DNA from: Candidatus Latescibacterota bacterium | GTDB taxonomy: Bacteria; Latescibacterota; UBA2968 | Assembly (NCBI GenBank): GCA_965205975.1 | Contig: OZ242195.1 | Span: forward strand, 4,736,001-4,800,000 | DNA: 64,000 nucleotides | Direction: 5' to 3' | Part shown: piece by piece, positions 18,512-27,905 of the stretch | How the letters are laid out: every line of letters starts with the position of its first letter | Position numbering within the stretch: position 1 is the first letter of the stretch | Translations under genes and position numbers: made by a program | The notes under the pieces: model-generated | The model's input: only the letters and a program-made list of their open reading frames with translations | Database searches by the model: none | Told to the model about the DNA's origin: nothing

Positions 18512-19795
18512 ATGCAAATTTCACATGGCGCTCTTGACGGTCATCGCCACCGCGCCCTTATTTCAACAGACATCGGCGGAACCGATCCCGACGACTTCCA
18601 GTCGATGGTGCACCTGCTTCTGTATGCAGATGTCCTCGACATTGAGGGCTTGCTTTCGTCGCCCTACGGCCCGGGCCGGAAGGAGGACATCCTCCGGGTG
18701 ATCACCTGTTATGAGAGCGATTACGAAAACCTTCAGACCTGCTCCAAGGACTACCCCACACCCGACGCATTGCGTGCCATCACCAGGCAGGGTGAGATCG
18801 AAATGGCTCCCTACGCAGGTGTTCGACGTTCAACAGAAGGATCGGAGTGGATCGTGCAGTGTGCACGGCGCGACGATCCGCGTCCCCTGTATGTCCTGGT
18901 TTGGGGGGGTATCGAGGATATCGCGCAAGCCCTGTACGATGCGCCCGACATCCTGACAAAACTGCGTGTGTATTGGATCGGCGGGCCAAATAAAAAATGG
19001 AGCCCCGATGCCTACCAGTACATTGCCGACAACCATCCCGAACTGTGGATCATAGAGAACAATGCCTCATATCGCGGTTGGTTCACCGGTGGTAACCAGT
19101 CGGGCGAATGGGGTAACACGGCATTTGTGGCCAAACATATCGCTGGCTATGGTGCCCTCGGCGATTTTTTTAACGAACAACTCGGCGGCACGGTAAAGAT
19201 GGGCGATACCCCGTCCGTGGGCTGGTTGCTCAAAGGCACCCCCGAAGATCCATCGCAACCCGGATGGGGCGGACAATTTGTGCGCGCCTGGGAACGGCCA
19301 CACATCGTATTTAATCGGCTGACAACTTCTGCAGACCAAATAGAGGCATTCTGCATATTTGAATTGGTTTTGCCGGTTGGCTCAGAAACGCCGACAAATC
19401 CCGCAGCTTCGATGCAAATCGAAAACCAGTTGCTGGTCGGCGACTTTAGCACACATGGCTCGGTGCGCTTCCGCTTTTCTCCAAAGAGTGTGCAAACCTG
19501 GAACTACAAGATCCATAGCAATGTCCCGACACTCGATGGACAAACAGGCGAAATGACATCCTGCCTGCCTTCGCCCGATGCCGCAAAAAATCCATCTGCC
19601 CAGCATCCGAACTGGTGGACAGATAATCCAGCATCGGAGTTCGCCGAAGGCGACCATATTGGTGCCAAAACAGTGAGCCAGTGGCGCGAAGATTTTCTGT
19701 GCGACTTTGCAGAGCGCATGCAGCGTTGTCTTGCGCCCAAGGACAGTGACCCGGCCAATAATCGCTTTAGTTGGGACATTGAATCGACCGAGTGA
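18512..19795 (+). CDS. DUF1593 (nucleoside hydrolase-like) protein
   Basis: ISTDIGGTDPDDFQSMVHLLLY, VWGG, KMGDTPS, PGWGG motifs. Confidence 0.8.
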   Translation: MQISHGALDGHRHRALISTDIGGTDPDDFQSMVHLLLYADVLDIEGLLSSPYGPGRKEDILRVITCYESDYENLQTCSKDYPTPDALRAITRQGEIEMAPYAGVRRSTEGSEWIVQCARRDDPRPLYVLVWGGIEDIAQALYDAPDILTKLRVYWIGGPNKKWSPDAYQYIADNHPELWIIENNASYRGWFTGGNQSGEWGNTAFVAKHIAGYGALGDFFNEQLGGTVKMGDTPSVGWLLKGTPEDPSQPGWGGQFVRAWERPHIVFNRLTTSADQIEAFCIFELVLPVGSETPTNPAASMQIENQLLVGDFSTHGSVRFRFSPKSVQTWNYKIHSNVPTLDGQTGEMTSCLPSPDAAKNPSAQHPNWWTDNPASEFAEGDHIGAKTVSQWREDFLCDFAERMQRCLAPKDSDPANNRFSWDIESTE

Positions 19796-19837
19796 GCGTC
19801 TCAGTTCAAGCATTCGGGTTCTTTATTGGAGGTGTGT

Positions 19838-21301
19838 ATGTCAAAACCCAATATTGTTTTTATATATTCGGATCAGCATCGCGGCGATGCGGTGGGGTGC
19901 GCGGGGCATCCAGTGATTAAGACACCACATCTGGATCGCCTGGGGTCCGAAGGGGTGGTGTTTAGCCAGTGTTATACCAACGGGCCGATTTGTATGCCTG
20001 CGCGAGCGACGATGATGACGGGGCAGTATGTGCGGGAACACGGTGTCTGGCAGAATATTGTTGAGGCCGATCAGCGCGGTCCCAGTCATGTGCGAAATGT
20101 GCGCGATGCGGGCTATCATACTGCCCTGGTGGGCAAGACCCACTTATATACGCACACGGGTGGAACAAAAAGTCAGGAAAAGACGGCAATATTGGAAAAT
20201 TGGGGGTTTGTAGATATTCAAGAGATGCACGGTCCACACGCGTCGGGGGTAAATAGATCGCAGTATTCGGATTATCTCGAAGAATTGGGTTTGTGGGAGA
20301 CGCATCGAGACTATGTGGTCAGGTCAAAGACGCGCCTGGAAGAGGGCAGAGCACGGGCGTGGGAAGATCCGCCCTGTCCATTGCCTTCTGAAAGCCATCT
20401 GGACAGTTATACCGGGCGTACGGCCGCAGAATGGGTGCGCGATTACGATGGGGACAAACCGTTCTATTTGCAGGTGCTGTTTCCGGGGCCGCACAATCCC
20501 TTTGATTCACCACAGGAATATCGGGATATGTACAGTATGGATGATATTCCTGTGGGTATTATGGATCTGCCCCAAGAACCGTATCCCAAGTATATTGTGC
20601 GGTCGCTCTTTCGCGCTGGCGATGCCAAAACGATGACCAAAGAAGAAAAGAAACAACTGGTTATCAATTATTATGCAAAGATTACATTGATCGACAATGC
20701 GATCGGGGGTATTATCGAAGCTCTTGAGGCAAAGGGCATGCTGGACAATACCTGGATTATTTACAGTTCAGATCACGGTGAGATGGCAGGGGATCATCGG
20801 TTGAGCCACAAAGGGGTCTTTTACGATATGGCTGTACGGGTGCCTCTGGTTGTGCGTCCTCCGGGGGGACAGGCGGGGTGGATTTCTGAAGGGTTGACGG
20901 ATTGTTTGAATATTACGGCTACGGTTTTAGATGTTGCAGGGGCGGAGTCTTTGGAAAATAGCGATGGGGTTTCGTTTGCACCGCAGGTGTTGGCAGGTCC
21001 GGATGCCGACGGTGCTCAAGAGGGTAAAGATGCTGTGTTTAGTGAAGTCGATGGGTTTACGATGGTTTTTGATGGGCGATACAAGCTGGTGGTTGAGTCC
21101 GCGTCTGAGAAGCCGGTTGAGATGTATGATTGTCAAAATGATCCCTGCGAACTGAATAATGTTTTTGAGGATCCCGATCTGGAATCTGTCCGGGGAGATT
21201 TGATCGATACGCACTTGAGTGGGATTAGAGACCGATTGGATCGGGAGAAGCTCGAGTTTTATCGGGCGATTCCGGCAAAGACGTATTCTCCACCAGGATA
21301 A
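19838..21301 (+). CDS. Sulfatase
   Basis: PNIVFIYSDQ, CMPAR formylglycine motif, GKTH, SDHGEM. Confidence 0.92.
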   Translation: MSKPNIVFIYSDQHRGDAVGCAGHPVIKTPHLDRLGSEGVVFSQCYTNGPICMPARATMMTGQYVREHGVWQNIVEADQRGPSHVRNVRDAGYHTALVGKTHLYTHTGGTKSQEKTAILENWGFVDIQEMHGPHASGVNRSQYSDYLEELGLWETHRDYVVRSKTRLEEGRARAWEDPPCPLPSESHLDSYTGRTAAEWVRDYDGDKPFYLQVLFPGPHNPFDSPQEYRDMYSMDDIPVGIMDLPQEPYPKYIVRSLFRAGDAKTMTKEEKKQLVINYYAKITLIDNAIGGIIEALEAKGMLDNTWIIYSSDHGEMAGDHRLSHKGVFYDMAVRVPLVVRPPGGQAGWISEGLTDCLNITATVLDVAGAESLENSDGVSFAPQVLAGPDADGAQEGKDAVFSEVDGFTMVFDGRYKLVVESASEKPVEMYDCQNDPCELNNVFEDPDLESVRGDLIDTHLSGIRDRLDREKLEFYRAIPAKTYSPPG

Positions 21302-21420
21302 GCATTCCATTAAAAGTAAATTTAGACTTGACCCATTTGATTGGACAACGTATCTCTAAGTCGGAGCTACTAAAGGGGCTCGCTGGTACCCGGAAGACTC
21401 TCCATCTGGAATTGTGCCGA

Positions 21421-21590
21421 AAAAAAAATAATAGAACAAAAAGCATAATTTTGGCATAATTATGCACAATTAATTTTATAAGTATTTGTTTTATATAGAT
21501 TTGAAAACAGAAAAAAATGGATATAAAATGTGTATAAATGTGTATAAAATACGCATAAAAAGTAAAAAATATATACAATAGTACAATTAG
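21421..21590. promoter_or_regulatory. AT-rich tract with three DnaA-box matches (candidate oriC or DnaA-binding cluster)
   Basis: TTATGCACA 21460-21468; TGTGTATAA 21529-21537 and 21539-21547 match TTWTNCACA. Confidence 0.45.
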
Positions 21591-21598
21591 AGGCTATT

Positions 21599-22390
21599 AT
21601 GGACGCGGTTCAGGTTGCCGATAGTATTACAAAGCTCGGTTCTCAGTCGCGGGGAACTGTTTTGGTTGCCGCTTCTCACGGGGGGCGGTATTGCGGGTAT
21701 CTCGCAGCATTGGCTGGTCTTCAGGGTGTTATTTTTAACGATGCGGGTGTTGGGAAGGACAATGCGGGGATTGGGTCGCTCGGTTATTTGCAAAGTTTCG
21801 GACTCGCTGCTGCCGCGATTGCACATACGTCAGCGCGTATTGGCGATGGGGCAGATATGCTCAAGCGCGGGCGTATTAGTTTTTGCAATGAGATAGCCCG
21901 TGCGCTGGGCTGTGAAGAGGGGCAGGCTTGTCGAGAGGCGGCTGAAGTTTTGTGTAATGGCATACCCTTTGAAGGGGATGTTCCGGGCTACGAGGAATCG
22001 CGCTCTGTATTGCAAGAGGTGCCTGTGCTTACGATTGCATGTGATTCTGCATCGCTTGTTATGCCTGAGGATGCAGGTGCGTTTATTATTACGGGGTCGC
22101 ACGGTGGAGTGATTGCGGGCAGGCCCGATTATGGTATTGCAGCAGAGGCGAGAGGCGCGGTGTTTAATGATGCGGGGGTCGGTGTTGATCGGGCGGGTGT
22201 TCGGCGTCTTGAGGTTCTGGATCGCGCCGGTATTCCCGCGGGGACAGTGGATGCGATGACCGCCTGTATCGGCGATGCGGTTTCCGCATGGGAAGGCGGT
22301 GTTCTGTCGTATGTCAATTTACAGGCGGAAAGCCGCGGTGTTAAAGCGGGGATGACGGTTCCGGAGTTTGGGGAGAGGCTTAGTTTGTAA
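21599..22390 (+). CDS. Conserved hypothetical protein with two internally duplicated domains
   Basis: SHGG...FNDAGVG.D.AG...IGD motif occurs twice. Confidence 0.75.
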   Translation: MDAVQVADSITKLGSQSRGTVLVAASHGGRYCGYLAALAGLQGVIFNDAGVGKDNAGIGSLGYLQSFGLAAAAIAHTSARIGDGADMLKRGRISFCNEIARALGCEEGQACREAAEVLCNGIPFEGDVPGYEESRSVLQEVPVLTIACDSASLVMPEDAGAFIITGSHGGVIAGRPDYGIAAEARGAVFNDAGVGVDRAGVRRLEVLDRAGIPAGTVDAMTACIGDAVSAWEGGVLSYVNLQAESRGVKAGMTVPEFGERLSL

Positions 22391-22407
22391 AAAGCAAAAA
22401 ATGCAAC

Positions 22408-22435
22408 CACAGATGAACACAGATGAACACGGATG
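22408..22435. repeat. Short tandem repeat (CACAGATGAA) x2.8
   Basis: Seen directly; a related inverted copy lies at 61445-61463. Confidence 0.6.
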
Positions 22436-22503
22436 GTTACGCTGTTGCTCATCACTAAATATGTGCAAAACACTGTAATCTCCCTTTTCTGTATGGTATT
22501 TCT

Positions 22504-24234
22504 ATGTCTTCAGTTGTACACATGAATGGCGGGCAGGCGCTTGCCGAGATGTTTCGCCTTCACAATCCTGCGCCTATGTTCGGTATGGGAGGGTTTCAAC
22601 TCCTGCCTTTTTACGATGCGGTGCGCGAGTTGGGGCTTTCGCATACGTTGATCAATGATGAGCGGTGTGGTATTTTTGCCGCCGATGCCTGGGCGCGCGT
22701 GACTGGTCGTCCCGGTATATGCGATGGTACGCTGGGTCCCGGGGCGACGAATCTGGTTACGGGCCTGGTGGAGTCTCTCAATGCGGGTGTTCCGCTTATT
22801 GTTGTTGTGGGTAATAGCAATCGCGAGCATTCATGGAAGAATATGACGCAGGAGGCGCGTCAGACGGAGATTTTGGCGCCAGCGGCTAAAGCGCTTATTC
22901 GGATCGAGAGCGGCTATCGCATTCCCGAGCTTGTGCGGCGTGCGTACGCTGTTGCCACGTCCGGACGGCCGGGACCTGTTGTGCTCGATGTTCCCGAGGA
23001 TATTGTGCATGGGGAGTATGATTATCCCAGGGCGGATTTTTTTGTGGATCCAGAAACGCTGAGTATTCCCGCACAGCGTTCGCGCCCGGGGCGAGATGCA
23101 GTTGCGCGCGCGGCAGCGTGTTTGCGCGATGCCCGGCGGCCGATTATTCTCGCTGGCGGCGGTGTCCATCTTTCTGGCGCTTATTGCGAACTTCAGAGCT
23201 TTGCGGAGGCATTTGGTATTCCAGTTGCGCAAACGCTGAGTGGCAAGGGTGCGATTCCCTGTATTCATCCGCTCAGCGTGGGGCTGTTCGGACGCTGGTC
23301 GCGGATTGCCAATGATTTGATTGCGTCTGCAGATTGTATTCTGTCTGTTGGATGCAAGATGGGCGAGATTGCCACGAAACGCTATGATTTGATTCCGCGC
23401 GATGTGCCTTTTATTCATCTCGATATTGTGGCTGAGGAAATTGGGCGTACGACGCCTGCTACCGTTTCGCTTTGGGGCGATGCGGCTGAGGGTTTGCGCG
23501 ATCTTCAGGCGTGTTTGTCCTCTGACCGGGTGGCGATACAGCAGATGCGCGTGGACTATTTGACCGAGGTCTCAGAGCGGATGGCTGCCTGGCGAGCCGA
23601 AGCAGAGCCGCGTTATGCGTCTGACGAGAGACCCGTCAATATGGCGCGGGTGGTGCGCGAGTTGCAAAATGCGATGCCCGAAGACGGTATTCTGGTTGTG
23701 GATGGAGGTTTTGCCGCGCATTGGACGGGTTTGCTCTACGATTCGACCCGGTCTGGGCGTACGTATATTGCCAATCGCGGATTTGCTTCTATCGGTTACG
23801 GGTTGCCGGGTACGATGGGCGCGCAACTCGCTGCGGGGGATTCTCCCGTTGTTGGTTTGACGGGAGATGCAGGGTTTAATATGGTGCTTGGCGAATTGGA
23901 GACAGCCCGGCGTCTTGAGCTTGGGTTTACGCTTGCGATTGTGAATAATGCGGCTTCGGGTTATGTCAAAGCGCTTCAGCACAATATGTATGCGGGTCGC
24001 TATCAGTCGAGCGATTTGAGCGAGACGGATTATGCCGATACGGCCCGCGCACTCGGCTGTCAGGGTATTCGCGTAGATGATCCCGGGGCGTTGCAAGACG
24101 CTTTTGCCGAGGGGATTGCCAATCGCGATATGCCTACGATTATCGATGTTATTGTTACGAGAGATCCATCAAAAATGTTGCCGGGCGTTGATAGCCGAAC
24201 CGCGCCGGTTAAAAAGGGTGATAGGCCAGCGTAA
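22504..24234 (+). CDS. TPP-dependent enzyme, acetolactate synthase-like
   Basis: GPGATN, GRPGPVVLDVP, GDAGFNM..NN TPP-binding motif. Confidence 0.88.
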   Translation: MSSVVHMNGGQALAEMFRLHNPAPMFGMGGFQLLPFYDAVRELGLSHTLINDERCGIFAADAWARVTGRPGICDGTLGPGATNLVTGLVESLNAGVPLIVVVGNSNREHSWKNMTQEARQTEILAPAAKALIRIESGYRIPELVRRAYAVATSGRPGPVVLDVPEDIVHGEYDYPRADFFVDPETLSIPAQRSRPGRDAVARAAACLRDARRPIILAGGGVHLSGAYCELQSFAEAFGIPVAQTLSGKGAIPCIHPLSVGLFGRWSRIANDLIASADCILSVGCKMGEIATKRYDLIPRDVPFIHLDIVAEEIGRTTPATVSLWGDAAEGLRDLQACLSSDRVAIQQMRVDYLTEVSERMAAWRAEAEPRYASDERPVNMARVVRELQNAMPEDGILVVDGGFAAHWTGLLYDSTRSGRTYIANRGFASIGYGLPGTMGAQLAAGDSPVVGLTGDAGFNMVLGELETARRLELGFTLAIVNNAASGYVKALQHNMYAGRYQSSDLSETDYADTARALGCQGIRVDDPGALQDAFAEGIANRDMPTIIDVIVTRDPSKMLPGVDSRTAPVKKGDRPA

Positions 24235-24240
24235 AAAGCG

Positions 24241-24340
24241 CGAATAGACGAATAGACGAATAGACGAATGGTAATACATACTGATTTTGGGAGGATGGGC
24301 GGGGTTCGTTGATTCGCAGATTCGCAGATTCGCAGATTCG
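24241..24340. repeat. Opposed octamer arrays (CGAATAGA)3 ... (GATTCGCA)3
   Basis: Seen directly in the intergenic gap. Confidence 0.8.
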
Positions 24341-24357
24341 TTCAGGGAGATTATCTT

Positions 24358-25323
24358 ATGGCTCTTACACAAGAGAAACAACTCGAGATGCTGCGGATTA
24401 TGCAAACGATCCGGCGCTTTGAAGAGCGCGCGTCTGATGATTATCGCGCGGGGGATATTTACGGCGTGGTCCATTGTTACATCGGCGAGGAGGCCGTTGC
24501 TACGGGTGTCTGTGCCGCGCTCAATCCGGACGACCAGATTATCAGTACGCATCGGGGGCACGGGCATTGTATTGCCAAGGGCGCGGATTTGAAGCGTATG
24601 ATGGCTGAGCTTTATGGGCGGGAGACGGGGTATTGTAAGGGCAAAGGGGGATCGATGCATATCGCCGATTTTAGCATTGGGATGCTGGGTGCAAATGGTA
24701 TTGTCGCAGGTGGCATACCGATTGTTACGGGTGCTGGTCTGGCCGCGCAGCTCGAGGGTAAGGGGCGGGTTGCGGTCTCGTTTTTTGGCGATGGGGCGTC
24801 AAATGCAGGTCCGTTTCACGAGTCGATCAATATTGCTGCGGCGTGGAAGCTGCCCATGATCTATGTTTGCGAAAATAATCTTTACGCGGCGAGTACTTCG
24901 GCGGCAAGTACGCTGGCGCATAGCGATGTTGCCGCACGTGCCGCGGGGTACGATATCCCGGGCGTGGTTGTCGATGGGAATGATGTGATGGCGGTTTATG
25001 ATGCGACGCAGGAGGCTGTTGCGCGTGCGCGCAGTGGCGAGGGTCCCTCGTTGATTGAGTGCAAGACTTATCGCTGGCGAGGGCATACGGAGAGGGTTGG
25101 TGGGGCTGATCCAAGGCCGCAAAGCGAGATCCGCGCTTGGCAGGAGAGAGATCCTATTGAGCGGTTTGTCGCGGGTCTGATGGATCAGGGTTGTCTTACC
25201 CAGGAGGCGTGGCAAGAGATGGATGAAGAAATTCTCGCGGAGATTGAAGCGTCGGTGCAATTTTCCAAAGAGAGTCCATTTCCAAATTTAGAAGCTGCAG
25301 TCGAAGATGTTTTTGCCGAGTGA
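24358..25323 (+). CDS. TPP-dependent 2-oxoacid/acetoin dehydrogenase E1 alpha subunit
   Basis: HRGHGH, GKGGSMH, GDGA..ENN, TYRWRGH motifs. Confidence 0.92.
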   Translation: MALTQEKQLEMLRIMQTIRRFEERASDDYRAGDIYGVVHCYIGEEAVATGVCAALNPDDQIISTHRGHGHCIAKGADLKRMMAELYGRETGYCKGKGGSMHIADFSIGMLGANGIVAGGIPIVTGAGLAAQLEGKGRVAVSFFGDGASNAGPFHESINIAAAWKLPMIYVCENNLYAASTSAASTLAHSDVAARAAGYDIPGVVVDGNDVMAVYDATQEAVARARSGEGPSLIECKTYRWRGHTERVGGADPRPQSEIRAWQERDPIERFVAGLMDQGCLTQEAWQEMDEEILAEIEASVQFSKESPFPNLEAAVEDVFAE

Positions 25324-25338
25324 GTCGAGGATAATACG

Positions 25339-26298
25339 ATGAGAAGAATCTCTTATGCACAGGCCGGGATGGAAGCCCTTGTAGAAGAAATGAGGCGCGA
25401 TCCTACGACGTTTCATCTGTCAACCGATGCGCCCGATGCGCTCGTCGAAGAGTTTGGGTCTGAGCGCGTGCGCGCTACGCCCATTGCCGAAGGCGCGCTT
25501 ACGGGTATCGCTGTTGGTGCTGCCGGGTCTGGCTTTCGTCCGATTATTAACTGGAGTATGGTTACGTTTTCTTTTGTGGCGATGGACCAGATTGTGAATC
25601 AGGCAGCCAAGATTCACTATATGTTCGGGGGGCAGGTGAAATTTCCGATTACTTTTCGCACGTCGGTCGGTGGCGGCAGGCGGGTTGCGGCGCAGCATTC
25701 GCAGAGTCCGTATTCGATGTTTATGAATCTGGCTGGGTTGAAGATGATATTGCCTTCGACGCCTTATGATATGAAGGGGCTTCTCAAAACTGTTATTCGG
25801 GATGATAATCCCGTCATTTCTTTTGAGTCCAATCGCCTCATGGGTGTTGCAGGTGAAGTTCCCGATGAGCCTTATACCGTGCCTTTGGGCAAGGCGGATA
25901 TCAAGCGCGAGGGTACAGATGTGACCATTGTCGCGCTGGCATGGCTGGTACACGAAGCGCTGGCGGCTGCGGAGGTGCTGGACAAAGAGGGTGTTTCCGT
26001 TGAGGTGCTGGATCCGCGCACACTGGTTCCGCTCGATTGCGATGCTATTCGCATGTCTGTGCAAAAGACCGGGCGGCTGGTTATTGCAGACGAGGCGGGT
26101 CCCACAGCAGGTGCCTCAGCCGAGATTGCTGCTGTGGCGACCGAAGATGCGGAGACGTTTGCAAAGATGAAAGCACCCGTCAAACGCGTCTGCGCCCTCC
26201 ATGTACCCATCCCGTACACGCCTCAGTTGGAAGACCACGTTTTTCCTGATCGGGATAATATTGTTGCAGGTGTCAGGGAGGTGATGGACGCCGGATAG
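25339..26298 (+). CDS. TPP-dependent dehydrogenase E1 beta subunit
   Basis: TPIAE, DQIVNQAAK, AQHSQS, DPRTLVPLD, KTGRLV motifs. Confidence 0.9.
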   Translation: MRRISYAQAGMEALVEEMRRDPTTFHLSTDAPDALVEEFGSERVRATPIAEGALTGIAVGAAGSGFRPIINWSMVTFSFVAMDQIVNQAAKIHYMFGGQVKFPITFRTSVGGGRRVAAQHSQSPYSMFMNLAGLKMILPSTPYDMKGLLKTVIRDDNPVISFESNRLMGVAGEVPDEPYTVPLGKADIKREGTDVTIVALAWLVHEALAAAEVLDKEGVSVEVLDPRTLVPLDCDAIRMSVQKTGRLVIADEAGPTAGASAEIAAVATEDAETFAKMKAPVKRVCALHVPIPYTPQLEDHVFPDRDNIVAGVREVMDAG

Positions 26299-26337
26299 GA
26301 AAGCGGGGTAACTCTAAAGGTCGTATTTAGACGAAAT

Positions 26338-26368
26338 AAAAAACCACGTCCTTCAGGCGTGGTTTTTT
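26338..26368. repeat. IS200/IS605-end-like hairpin, also terminator-shaped
   Basis: AAAAAACCACG-TCCTTCAGG-CGTGGTTTTTT; similar copies at 30341 and 61110. Confidence 0.6.
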
Positions 26369-26393
26369 GTTCTGTTTTTCCAGGAGGTGTAGT

Positions 26394-27401
26394 TTGACGC
26401 AAAATTCAAAATTTTCAGTGATTATTCCGACATATAATCGCGCGAACTATGTTGTGGAGGCTATTGAGAGCGTTTTGCAACAGACGTATCAGAGGTTTGA
26501 ACTCATTGTGGTGAATGATGGTTCTACGGATGATACGGCAGAGGTGATCGGGCGGTTTGGAGATCGGATTCGCTATATGGAAAAGGCAAATGGCGGGAAG
26601 GCGTCTGCTGTGAATCTGGGTCTGAAATATGTGACGGGTGAGTATGTTTGGATTTTGGACGATGATGATATTGGCTTGCCGAATAAGCTCGAGTTGCACG
26701 TGGCGCAGTTTGCAGAAGATCCGGATTTGAAATTTGTCTATACGGGTTATGAATTCATAGAGGGGGAGAGAAGCGATGTGCCCGTTCGATCTTTTGAAGC
26801 GAGAATGCCGCCCTTATGCGATATGGTGATGTATTTGTTCGGGCGGTTTGAATTGTGCAGTCCCACTGTGGTTGCCCATCGGATGTGTTATGACAGGGTC
26901 GGCTGTTTTGATGAACGTTTGATTCGCGGACAAGATTACGATATGTGGATTCGCATGATACGCGCTGGGTTTAAAATTGGGATTATCGTACAACCCACGC
27001 TCCGGTGTCGTATGCATGAGGGTGATCGGGGGTCGGCGTCTGATCGCTTTTCCGCCAGTGATATTGCCAAGAAGAACCGGGAATATCTGGGGCTTATTGT
27101 GCAGAAGTTGTATTGGGAGTTGCCCCTACAGGCTTTTTACAGTCGTTTAGCTCAAGATCCAAATGACCCGATTTTGATTATGAAGGCGCTGTTGCGGCGT
27201 TTGTGGGTGATGCCCCTGCCTGCGCTACAGGACGAGGTGTTGCGCGATTTGGATATGTTGGAAACGCATGTCGAGCAGCATCGCTTGTCGTTTGATGACT
27301 CCGCCCACCGTTTTTTGATAAGTCTAAAAAATACAACAGAACAAACCACGCCCCGTGTTGCCAAAAAGGTTGAAAAAATTCTGAACATTCCACATGATTA
27401 A
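26394..27401 (+). CDS. Glycosyltransferase family 2
   Basis: AGGAGG RBS + TTG; SVIIPTYN, NDGSTD, LDDDD, GQDYDMW motifs. Confidence 0.9.
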   Translation: MTQNSKFSVIIPTYNRANYVVEAIESVLQQTYQRFELIVVNDGSTDDTAEVIGRFGDRIRYMEKANGGKASAVNLGLKYVTGEYVWILDDDDIGLPNKLELHVAQFAEDPDLKFVYTGYEFIEGERSDVPVRSFEARMPPLCDMVMYLFGRFELCSPTVVAHRMCYDRVGCFDERLIRGQDYDMWIRMIRAGFKIGIIVQPTLRCRMHEGDRGSASDRFSASDIAKKNREYLGLIVQKLYWELPLQAFYSRLAQDPNDPILIMKALLRRLWVMPLPALQDEVLRDLDMLETHVEQHRLSFDDSAHRFLISLKNTTEQTTPRVAKKVEKILNIPHD

Positions 27402-27711
27402 CATGATTACCAGGAAGTTTCTTGCCTTTTGGGGTGTTTCCTTGGTTTTTTTAGGTGGATCTTTTTTTTCTCAAGGCAGTTCATCTAATAAGAGGAGTAG
27501 TGGCCCCTACGAAAATCTGCTTTCAGAATCTCTATTTGCCAGAGATGCCTTGGCTATCGAGTGTGGTGTATGCGCAGTACATGCTGGACAAGGCAAAGCA
27601 ACCGAATGGCAATGCGATGATAACGAGTTAGATTCCGAGTGTGAAATTGACGTTGACGAAAATGGTGAACAAACTTGTTCAGATTGGTATAGTGATGCTT
27701 GTAGTTGGTAA
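27394..27711 (+). CDS. Small secreted Cys-rich peptide
   Basis: 105 aa; basic/hydrophobic N-terminus, ARDALA junction, acidic core with six Cys; overlaps GT2 stop. Confidence 0.65.
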   Translation: MINMITRKFLAFWGVSLVFLGGSFFSQGSSSNKRSSGPYENLLSESLFARDALAIECGVCAVHAGQGKATEWQCDDNELDSECEIDVDENGEQTCSDWYSDACSW

Positions 27712-27905
27712 TTGAAATTCAAGAGTCTTTCACTCTGGTTTCAATTCAGAAGATGAAGATCCGTGATTTCATTCCCTTTGAATCTAAATACGGGTCGTTA
27801 TTTTCTATGTTAAATGCATCTCTAACGTTTGGTAAGCGGACCTCTTTGATTCATATACATCAGACCACCTTGATCAAATGCCGACACTACCCGAGGTGAT
27901 ATGTC

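Noticed and set aside
21225..21578. 117 aa minus-strand ORF over the AT-rich tract
   Set aside because: Low-complexity F/I/Y translation expected from AT-rich DNA
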